DNA from: Phoronis australis
Taxonomy: Eukaryota; Animalia; Phoronida
Direction: 5' to 3'
Assembly (NCBI GenBank): GCA_002633005.1
Contig: NMRA01000226.1
Span: forward strand, 591,059 to 655,058
DNA: 64,000 nucleotides
Shown here: positions 50,092-59,889 of the stretch, piece by piece
Position numbering within the stretch: the stretch's first letter is position 1
How the letters are laid out: each line of letters starts with the position of its first letter
Notes under the pieces: model-generated
What the model was told of the DNA's origin: nothing
Database searches by the model: none
The model's input: the letters and a program-made list of their open reading frames with translations, nothing else
Translations under genes and position numbers: made by a program

Positions 50092-51003
50092 CCATGAGTA
50101 CCATATTTAGTCGCTTCAAACTCGCTTTCCATAACAAAAAAATTTGATTAATATCACTTTCGGTTATGAAATTAATCTCAATATCTTCTTTAGTCAAATA
50201 GGTGCTTTTCAGGCCTTGGAAAAAATAAAATTTCACTTTATTTTATAGCCGTTGGAGGTCAAAATCATAAATTTAGTTTCTTCAACATAACCCAATTGTT
50301 TGCCCTTTTGATCACGTGGTAAATTACAACCACATTGCACTAAACATTTCTCTTTGAAAATACAAAGGGGAAACAAACTCTTAGAAGGAGCACCTGAAAT
50401 CTTACACTGAAGAAATATCTGTACCACATTTCACAAAACAGAGTGCGCCCTTAAAACTCCTACAAGCTCAAAGAAACCTTTACAACAACCACATACAGTG
50501 CATCTTTATTATACACAAACAGAACAGTGTGAAATGTATTGTCTAACACCTTGTAGTAATCTTCGGGCCAGACAGGCGCCATGTGCCATTTTGAAATGTA
50601 TTGTTATATCTGTGATACACCCACGATAACTTCGGTCATTTGCACAAAAAAGTATCCCTGGTAAGGGTGCAGCCCTGGTAACAGTTTGTTCCCCCAGCCT
50701 GAATAACTTGAGCTGATTGTGTGCTCCATCCCATCAGAAAGCTGAAACACAATGTTCTTGCTAGAATGAAGTAACATCAATGCAGTCAAATGAAAAGACA
50801 AAACGGTTTCTACAAAACGAACAGAGTAAATACTCCACAATGCAATTTATTTTCTTTGAAGTGATTCCGTAATATCCAAAAACCAGTACCCCCACAGCCA
50901 TTTAATTCATGTGTGGTGAGAGTATCCCAAGCCCCCTGAACATTCATCATGAATCCACCATTAACACTGTGTCTTATTTGTAATTTTTAACAAATTTCCA
51001 GAC

Positions 51004-51582
51004 ATGACTACTCAAGATGCTTCACCAAACAGGCGTGCGTCTCGTCGGCAGTCTGACATTCTACCAATGGTTTCAAACCAGAGACGCATTTCAAGAAGAG
51101 AGTCACGCTTCTCAGATATTTATCATGCACTTGGCTACAGGCCAAGACTTTCCATAGCACCGTTCCCAGGCCACGCCTCACTGCGTACCTCATCCATTAG
51201 CGCAGAAAGCAACGTGGCTATGAAAGTCGGCAACACATATCAATTGGGACCACCAAAAGCAGAGAAATTCGACCCTGACCGGGTGAGAACCCTATTGGCC
51301 GATATTCTGGAGTCTCATTTATCTTCACAAGTCTACGACCCTACCGATGCACCAAACACGGCCAGAACACTAGTAGAAGTCATTAAGACACGAGTCAAGG
51401 AATTGAACTATCCTCGATATAAGTTGGTCTGTCACGCCATCATTGGACAGAACCTAAACCAAGGCATGATGTCATCCAGTAGATGTGTGTGGGATACCAA
51501 CTGTGATAACTTCTCCACATACTCTTACGAGAACTCCACTCTGTTTGCTGTGGCTGCCGTCTTCGCAACTTACTATGAGTAA
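51004..51582 (+). CDS. DYNLT5: Tctex1-domain dynein light chain (DYNLT5/DYNLT4 = TCTEX1D1/TCTEX1D4-like), 192 aa, single coding exon
   Basis: NTYQLGP...IKTRVKELNYPRYKLVCHAIIGQ...SRCVWD...D.F..YSYENSTLFAVAAVFATYYE is the Tctex-1 family signature. Exact orthology (DYNLT4 vs DYNLT5) is uncertain. Confidence 0.93.
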   Translation: MTTQDASPNRRASRRQSDILPMVSNQRRISRRESRFSDIYHALGYRPRLSIAPFPGHASLRTSSISAESNVAMKVGNTYQLGPPKAEKFDPDRVRTLLADILESHLSSQVYDPTDAPNTARTLVEVIKTRVKELNYPRYKLVCHAIIGQNLNQGMMSSSRCVWDTNCDNFSTYSYENSTLFAVAAVFATYYE

Positions 51583-51798
51583 CTGGTGTTAAAATAGCAT
51601 GCCGCCATCTTCAACCTTCAACTTGCTGAAGACATGCCAGTGATATTTGTCCAAAGAAGATGGCTCAGGTGGCAGATTGATCAGATTCAGAAGCTGGAAA
51701 CAGACTTGCCGGCATGGATTACAAACACAGCAAAATATAGTAAACAAATTCCAACATATCAAGCTTGAAATAAGACTTTCCCCACTGACAACTTCATA

Positions 51799-51882
51799 TC
51801 AGGATAGAATTTGAGCAGTCAGTTTTGTGATTACAGAGTCCACTGGGATCCACTTGGAGTTAGCTAATGCTGTATAAAGTTC
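51799..51882 (-). CDS. TRNAU1AP: TRNAU1AP last coding exon ELYTALANSKWIPVDSVITKLTAQILS*
   Basis: Acceptor tttttcag, 84 nt; resembles vertebrate ELYDALMDCHWQPLD. Confidence 0.88.
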   Translation of the reverse strand, partial: ELYTALANSKWIPVDSVITKLTAQILS

Positions 51883-54800
51883 CTGAAAAACAAAAATTGA
51901 ACTGTGATTAAACTAGGATTGGTAAATATTTAGTCAAATGGTAAAAAGAACTAACAAGTCTAGTTGATTAATCCGTCTAATAATTGTCTAAGTTAATATT
52001 AATTGGTGTATTCATTTTATTGTAGTATATCTGCAATGGAAAGACTTATTTAACTCCAGGTAGAGTCATTTTCAGCGGTATCCACCGGAGCCTCGGTAAA
52101 GTGACAAATAAAGACAAGTAGCACCATCTGTCGCATGCCCAAATATATTAACTGTGGCATCATCAAACAGTTTTCCACACACAGTGCAGCCCTGGATAGA
52201 GCGCTGTCACCAGAGCCAGTGTCATACACAGGCATCCAGAATTATACGATGAGTAAAGGAAGGATAACCGCAATTGCCAATTCATCACGGAAAGTTACTC
52301 ATTGGTAATTCCTTGAACCGACTCATGTGACCCCTACGGGAGTTGGTGTGTGTGTGAGTCTGCCTTTTGGGAAGACTTTTGTGTTTTGATTGTGAATTTC
52401 TGCGAATTCGCTGGAGCAGGATGCTGTTGTAAATGCCATTAAAAGAACAACTGTTCATGGTTAATTGAATCACTGCTTTGCGTAAATTTGTTGAGATTTG
52501 TGTTTGATATGGATGGCTGAAGTAAGCACCCGTGGAATTCTTAGTCCTGAGTACCTTGTTGCATAATTATATATAGTGTATTGGAGACTATCAGAAGCTG
52601 AGGACGCTTGTGGTTTCATACACCTTACATGACTAGTTACACTCCAAAAACAATTATATTGAGAGTACGTGCAAGTGCATATGTTGCAATACATAAGCAA
52701 TCTGACATACAAACCCTAAACATGATGCAGCTTTGGCATGATGGTAAGCAGCGAAATACGTGGCAAATGCAGCACTAATTAAGGACCCCGCACACTATGC
52801 GATCTTGGGCTGAGGATGCAATGTGTGCAGCTGCCTTTAGTAACTTGGATGCTAAGGCCAAAGAGATTGGCTCTGACCTTTACCCCTAGACTCATTCTTA
52901 GACTTGCACTCACTGATTAAAAGACGAGAAAATTGTCCACCTGCATCAATTTCAGCCAAGTATCGTTGACTTCTTTTTTTTGAAAAGCTGCGCAAAGACG
53001 CGTAAACGGGGGGAAGCAAGGCAATGAGTAAAAAAAATCACGCATCCTTTTTACTCATCTCGGGTGGATTTGTTTTAAAAAAGCAAGCGACTAAAATAAT
53101 ACCGCACCACCGACTCCATTTTCGAAAACAAAAAACAGATACCAGGATCACATCTGTTTTTTTTGGCCTAATATCGCATTTTGTGAGCATTGCCCTGCGG
53201 TGAATACTGCATGTGAAAATCTGAAAAATCGAAAGAGAGTTACTCACCTCACTTCTGTTCATAAACAGTTTGTTCTGCTCAGCAATGTTCACTTCCTCAT
53301 TAGGATCTGAAACAACAGAATGAAAGTACCAGCTGCCAACCAAACTAAGACTGAGAAGACGAATACTTAAAAGTTTACCAGACTGTAATTTAAACACAGA
53401 AATCAAAAGTAAAATCATTACTCTGCTAGCAAACGCCAATGAATTTGCCATCTAAGTCACTCAAATTTGAAAAAATGTTGCCAAAACAGCAAAAGTTTTG
53501 TGACACCATTTTTTGAGAAGAAGCAAGAACATTTTTACAATCCATTTCGATCCACAATTGTTTAATAAGTTACATTTTCTCATTGACCAGCAATTCTCAG
53601 TATTTTGTTTCAAAGATTCAAATATGACTCATAACTTCCGAGGACAAATTTGAACAAATTTGAACACCATCTAAAACAGCTATTTCAATCATGGCAGTTT
53701 AGGATAAAGGGAGGAAACATAACTGCAGTATTATGATTATGTAAGGACTTTTATCACATCTTCAAGCATCACCAAGAATTGTTATCACTGCTGTTCTCAC
53801 TGATATTTTGCAACATGGCCCTTGTCGTTCTTGTAATTTTACAATATATCATTAGAACACACGTGTGGTAAAACACCCATAAACTTCTAGGTGTGGTGCT
53901 GAATATCCTATTAAATAAAACAGGCTTCGTGGTTATGGAGAATGCAATAAACAGTCATTACCCACTAGCTCTTCATCGTCATCAGGTGGCGCCAGTGCAT
54001 ATGCATTGTACCCTGAGTTCTGAAACATAGGGATGAATATTTAATAACAACACATGATTAACTTGGCATAGAGCAAGTTATCAGCAAAACGGAGATGTGG
54101 CACACATGCATCAGAAAGAGTAAAGCTTAGTGTATATCGACAAGACAATTGGCAGACTCCGCACATTGCGTCAGATTCTAATCGCACAAGCAACAGTAAT
54201 TTAGCGATTGTGAGAAACTAGGCAGTCCCAGTTATCCACAGTCACGTTTGCGCACTCATCGAAAGTGACTGGCAGTGACTGAGTCGTAACTATAGAAGAC
54301 TATGCTAGGAGGCGCTTATAATCACGTGACCATTCAAAGATCAGTTTTTTCCAGTCAGAATGACATTTCTTCCAATGTAACTCTTCTCATGTCCCTGTTG
54401 GAGTAGGCTTTGCTATTTGTGTCAGAAAGACACGGTCTCTTGCGCCACATTTCAACGAGAGCATCGTCCGCAGAATCGGTCCAACCATTTGTCATTTTGT
54501 TGTGTTTTAGTGTAAAATCAGGTCAAATGATCATCACATGGTGGTTAAAAGGTCACCACTAGTTGGAGTGAGGCATACATTGGGGTAGACCAGCGAAAAT
54601 GAGTGGAACCGGTGGCGAGAAAGTAGAACATGTGCAACTGACGACAACCGAGCGATCAGCTGTACGCTGTCAAAGGTAAGAAGACGCACATCGGCCAGAC
54701 TCGCAAACTGACCAGTTTCCATCCGTAGCTCTCAGTTGTCGGTAACCTGTCTACAACTGGTTGTGTTCAGTTTTAAGGCCGATGTATGCTAGGCTTAAGG

Positions 54801-57800
54801 CAATTCTCAGAACAGTTTCTTCATATTTATTACAGTTTGAAATAGTAAAATGATTATTAGCTTATTAACATTACGGAAACAAAATGGAATTTTGGTTTAG
54901 CCGTTATAATGGACTTCTCTTTTTACGAAAATGAAAAATCAGAGTCTCTGAAATATCAATGGGTGGCTATAAGAACAAGTACTCCCCTCCATGCAACAAG
55001 TTACTCTAGAACAAGTTACTCCTGGAATGAGTTGTCACTAGGTTTAGTAGTAATGCGGACCCTATTTGAGTAGGGTTAACTTGATACTTGTGTAACAACT
55101 CACCCCACCTTATCGACCTAGGGTAACTTGTTCCAGGGTACCTTGCCCCAGCACAAGTCATTGAGTAGATGCAAACCTACAGACAAGGTGAATGTAATTA
55201 CCACCTGTGCGCTTGGTCAGTTACAAACACAGGCATGTCTAATAATTTTTTGTTTCATATTTGTTGCATGATGTAAGGTGTGTAGAAAGCTTAACACAAC
55301 GGGGAAAGTAGCTTTAGGATAACCTGTAGTTAGGACATGACTTACGCTTCTTAGACACCTATCTGTACAAATATTTCAGAAGAACCCGCCACGTGAAAAC
55401 ATGAAAATGACCGTCAACGCCATCTTGATTTAATATTTTGACCAGAGTTACATGTTGTTTAATAGCAAATTGCAATTTAATGTGGCATGCATTGTGCAAA
55501 CATTCAACAAAAAATAAAGCCTCCCAACATAGTAATATACCTGGCAAATATTCTAACAAGTAATTACAGCAAGTCTGCAACTCTCTTAGGTTTTATAAAC
55601 AAGAATGTCTCATTTTTTACAGCTCTTGCTGCATGACTGTTGTCTCCATAAAAAATGTTGCTAAACTCGTTTTATTCAAACTTTTTTTGCTCAAAGAAGT
55701 CAGTTTTTGACATGATATCCATTCATCACTACATCAAATTACCTACTCCAGAATGGATTTTGAAACCAGTAAGACAATAACATTCGACACGCGGAAAGGC
55801 AGAGGTCAACGAGCTTTCAACACTTAAGCCCACAAACCCATAAAGTGAAGACTCACGTGATAGTGGGTATAGTCTGCAGCGCCATAGTAACCATCTTCTG
55901 AGTATGACGTGTTGTAGCCATACCCGGAGGATGCTGAGTAGCTTGGCCAAGCTGAGTAACCATAATACTGTTGGTTATAGTAAGCAGCGTAGGGGTCGCC
56001 TGCTGAGTACTGGTAGCTGTAGCTTTGCCTGCAGACACGAGTGAAGTAACATCGGGTACTATCAGGGCTTCAAGAAGTTGAAGAGAGGACTGAGATGAAG
56101 GGATGAGGAATATAAGGCCTCATACAATCTGCACAATAGACTGATGTTTCTTTCCAGACGATTTTGAATAGGAAATACAAATAAGTGACTTCTAGCTGTC
56201 ATAAAGTCCCAGCAAATTCCCTATACAGCTAAATGTCAACAAATGCACAGTGCATTCTATACAGTTGTAAGGGTCGCAAAAGGCACCCTTCTTGTCCGTA
56301 ACCTAATAACTCCTTGTCAAAATCTACATTTTAAGACAACCCTATAAATGTAGTCGGTAGAAATATTGTTAGCCAAAAAACAACACTGCAAATCTACTAG
56401 AATCCGGGTCTCTAATAGAAGACGGTGTCTAGGTAAGCCGAAATTAAATGCAGTGTCTCTTAAAGAAGCCCTCTCTAAAAGATACAACCTTAAAGTGGAC
56501 AATTAACGAAGGCAACTTTTTTGTTTGCCATCGTATGATGCCATGTGTTAGCTGGCCGTGAGACTGAAATAAATAAGTGTCAGGTCTTTAATAAACGACT
56601 CCCTTTAATATACAACATGTTTGAAGCACGTCTGAAAAAAATAAACGCCCCCGATTCTATGCTGAATGACTTGGTTCTTACGGCATCATTTTCAACTCAC
56701 TTGGTCTTTGGTGCTGCTAGGCTCAGTTGTATTTTTTTCGAGCCCAATCCCTTAAAATTCTGCATCTCCTTCAGGGCGTTAGTACGCTCCTGCTCTGCTG
56801 TGAATCGGACGAAACCGTAACCTCTAGACGTGCCCTCTTTGAAATACACAACTATTAGAAGAGAAAAATCACACATCACCGTCTGCTGCAAATCATATTA
56901 CCGAGAGCATTTCAAAGCCACGTTGCTGTCATACTAATAAATTACTGAACTTTAATTCCACTGAATTTGTAAGGTAGTGATCAATTCAGCGTGTCCTCAA
57001 TAAGAAGGGCACATATATTAAACTTTAGGTCTCAATTAAAGATCCTGTCAGAGATTTCAAATCAAATATGACAACAAACAATGTACATCAAGTAAAGTTC
57101 TCAGAAACATGTTTTTCAGAGAAAAAAGTTTACATTCATTGGAAACCTTATTGCAATACAATCTATTACCCTAAACTGATTCATATTCATTTGAAAAAGT
57201 CTGAGAACAAACTCCAGAGCGTGAATTTCGAAAACAGAACTTCCTGGGTTGGTGTTTCTAGTACAATTTAGGAATCAAATGAAACATTAAGTGAGAATGA
57301 AGAAACAATCAAGTCAACACAATATCTATGCATTCAACAAATGTGAAAAATAAAATTTAGATTCACCTGACAAGACACTAGTGACTTACCTTTAGCATTT
57401 CTAACGGAGCTGTACCTTGACGCAAAGGTCTCAAATAGCTTATAATCATCAACATCTTCAGTCAAATCTTTAACAAAGAGCGAATATTCAGGCCTGAAAT
57501 TGAAACAGAGGGCGTAACCAAGAACTATTTGACCTTTTGAGAAAATCTTAGGCTAGTAGCCACACATGAAGAGCAAAACAGAAATATTTCACAAATTCTA
57601 ACCAGCACAGGGTAAGTGGATAATGCTTAACTAAAGAACACAATCCTCAAGCTACCAAAAAAACACAATATATGTCATCCTAAAACTACCTTGAGGTGGT
57701 GATGTGGAAACAACATTTCTAAAATCTAGTGACCTACTTACACCAAGCTCTAGCCTGTTTACTTTGGCATGACGTTTTCGGTCAGTCATAACTTCGACCA

Positions 57801-59312
57801 CCTTCGGGTGTTTCAGCATTCTTAGAAGAACAAGCATGGGTGTACGGTACACTTAAGATGGCCATCGATGGTGGTCTACAGCTTAGAGTACTGGACTCGT
57901 AATCTAAAGGTCACAGCTTGCGCCAAAAAATGCAAAAGTGCTCATCATAGACCACCATGAGTGTACCATACACCCGAGCTAATTCCTCTAAGAATGCTGT
58001 AATACCTGGAGATGGCTGGAGAAATGACCGACCGAAAACGTCACACCAAATTAAATAGACCGGTAGACTTAATTTGTAAATGACGAAACCACAACATATT
58101 CAATAAATTAGTTATGTCACTTAAGTGCTACTTAGGCAGATCAAAAATGGACAACTTTACAGTCACAGATAACACAAAAAAAGAACAGGGTTCTGTTTCA
58201 TGAAAAGCGACTCAAGACTGAAGTCAGAAGTTTTGTCTTACACTCAACAGTATTTCTGAAAAATTGTTTTTTCACATTAGGAAAAGTACAGGGTCTTTGA
58301 AAATGTACTCCTAATTGTTTCTAGTAGCTCAGATGATTTGAAACAACTATTATGGTGGCAAATTACGTAACACCTTGGCTGCCATACTAACTTTCATATC
58401 AATTCCCTTTCATTCTTGGTCTGACGTGAGGGAAGACTACTCAGATGGTGAATTTGGCTTCCACCCATTCGCCACGGCTAGGAATTTCATGCCATTTTGT
58501 CAGCTGACGTGTACTGAAGCTATTGCTTTAGTTACTTCAATTTTTGTCTGTTCTGTTTGCAAAGTAGCAATATTAGCCCTAGACTGACCCAACCTACATG
58601 AGATCAGGGCAGTTATGAAGTGTATTTGTTTGAACAGAAAACTTGAGAACATTCCAGAAAGTACCAGCATATTAGTACCGGCCAACTCAAGAGTTCATCA
58701 CAAGTCAAGGCTGGGTCATAAGAACAGACATTACGTTGGACGTTTTGTTTGAGCAGACTTGTGTATGTTTAGTCATTGACAAGTAATAAAGTAACTAAAT
58801 TGAACCAGTCACAGTTTACGATCGCACTGAACGCTATTAGCACAGGTCAACACAGGTCAACGACGACCTGTACCAATCCATCTACTGGGGAAAATGTGAT
58901 GATGATAAGTAGTGAAAAAATTCCCAAACTAGGTGTACTGTATACAACAATCTAAGGTCTGAATATTCAAAAGCATAAATCCAGATACTTTCAAAATGTA
59001 TCAACATTCATATAAACCATGAGCATCAGTCTATAACTTGAAACTGCCGTGGCAATCAAAACCATGAATCTAATTTTTGTTTTTTAAGAATATCACCCTA
59101 TAACACTACTTGAAATCGTCTGGGTAAAAAGCCATAAGCCTGTTTGTTTGCATGCCCAGGCAAAGCCTACGGACAGTATCACATTCTTGAAAAACTGGAA
59201 CAATATTAGTAACTTATGAGTTAAAACAAGTCACACTGAAAACTTTATGAGTCACTTACACAGATAAGTGTTCACGACCGTAACTTGCATGGTTTAACTT
59301 GAACCGAACAGG
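51799..59312 (-). CDS. TRNAU1AP: tRNA selenocysteine 1-associated protein 1 (SECp43), 5'-partial; complement(join(51799..51882,53248..53306,53962..54019,55857..56028,56701..56851,57390..57493,59260..59312))
   Basis: Spliced product: RFKLNHASYG, RRM2 (PEYSLFVKDL...SRGYGFVRF...GLGSKKIQLSLA), a Tyr-rich region, and the C-terminal DP...N..FMNRSEELY.AL...W.P.DS motif. All phases are consistent. Confidence 0.93.
52856..53168. mobile_element. MITE family D, copy 2
   Basis: Termini GGCCAAA ... TTTGGCC; interior shared with 18387-18673. Confidence 0.55.
53248..53306 (-). CDS. TRNAU1AP: TRNAU1AP exon DPNEEVNIAEQNKLFMNRSE
   Basis: Acceptor gtttcag, donor gtgagt, 59 nt. Confidence 0.9.
53962..54019 (-). 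CDS. TRNAU1AP: TRNAU1AP exon NSGYNAYALAPPDDDEELV
   Basis: Acceptor atgtttcag, donor gtaatg, 58 nt, phase 0/1. Confidence 0.85.
54971..55156. repeat. Small degenerate element with direct AACAAGTTAC repeats on the left and inverted GTAACTTGTT on the right
   Basis: The arrangement resembles MITE subterminal repeats; no clear TSD. Confidence 0.4.
55857..56028 (-). CDS. TRNAU1AP: TRNAU1AP Tyr-rich exon QSYSYQYSAGDPYAAYYNQQYYGY...DYTHYH
   Basis: Acceptor tctgcag, donor gtgagt, 172 nt. The reading frame differs from the listed ORFs. Confidence 0.9.
56701..56851 (-). CDS. TRNAU1AP: TRNAU1AP RRM2 exon VVYFKEGTSRGYGFVRF...LSLAAPKTK
   Basis: Contains RNP1 RGYGFVRF; acceptor ctaatag, donor gtgagt, 151 nt. 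Confidence 0.95.
57390..57493 (-). CDS. TRNAU1AP: TRNAU1AP RRM2 exon PEYSLFVKDLTEDVDDYKLFETFASRYSSVRNAK
   Basis: Contains RNP2 LFVKDL; acceptor atttcag, donor gtaagt, 104 nt. Confidence 0.95.
57737..58079. repeat. Long imperfect inverted repeat (~130-140 bp arms, ~70 bp spacer) in a TRNAU1AP intron
   Basis: Arm matches include TGACGTTTTCGGTC / GACCGAAAACGTCA, CAGCATTCTTAGA / TCTAAGAATGCTG and ATGGTGGTCTA / TAGACCACCAT. Confidence 0.85.
59260..59312 (-). CDS. TRNAU1AP: TRNAU1AP exon PVRFKLNHASYGREHLS (end of RRM1)
   Basis: Acceptor tttttcag, donor gtaagt, 53 nt; resembles vertebrate KRFKLNYATYG. Confidence 0.9.
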
Positions 59313-59469
59313 CTGAAAAAACAGATTATTTATAATAGCATAGCAATAAATGAGAACCAGTTTATTAATGTGAAAGCACTGAGACCTCACTGGTATTGCA
59401 CGGTGATACCAGGCAACGACTTGTGTCGACTCACAAGACACCTATAGTTGCCTCTTTGAAAGCAATCCA

Positions 59470-59889
59470 GTGCCCAGTTGCATGAAACAGTCCTAAATAG
59501 AGACTCAACTAAGTTCCCGAAATTTTCTGCGCATTTTTTTTTTGTTCTTTACTCACAGGTGTAATATTTTTCTACCATTTTATCTTTGTTATGAGCTCCT
59601 CTTTGGCTAATGACATTTTCTAATAATATAACCAGGAACTGAGACCTTAATTCAGACAAAATAAATAGGGGTTTAGTCCTTTAATTAGATCCCAACTTAT
59701 TGTCAATAATATTGAAAATTCAATGTAGAGATTACTCTCCGTTTGTATCGAAGCCAAAAATTGACTTAGTAATGAGACTCAAACAGCATAAGAAAGGACA
59801 TTCAGTGTTTCCGCAAGCCCACAAAGACGCAGTAGATTTAGGGAACGTAGTTGAGTCCCTGTATGCGACTGTTTCATGCAACCAAGTAC
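59470..59889. mobile_element. MITE with 21-bp imperfect TIRs
   Basis: GTGCCCAGTTGCATGAAACAG ... CTGTTTCATGCAACCAAGTAC; a partial second copy lies at 7935-8164. Confidence 0.65.

Noticed and set aside
53038-53451. 137-aa ORF
   Set aside because: It contains only the 59-nt TRNAU1AP exon plus intron and MITE sequence.
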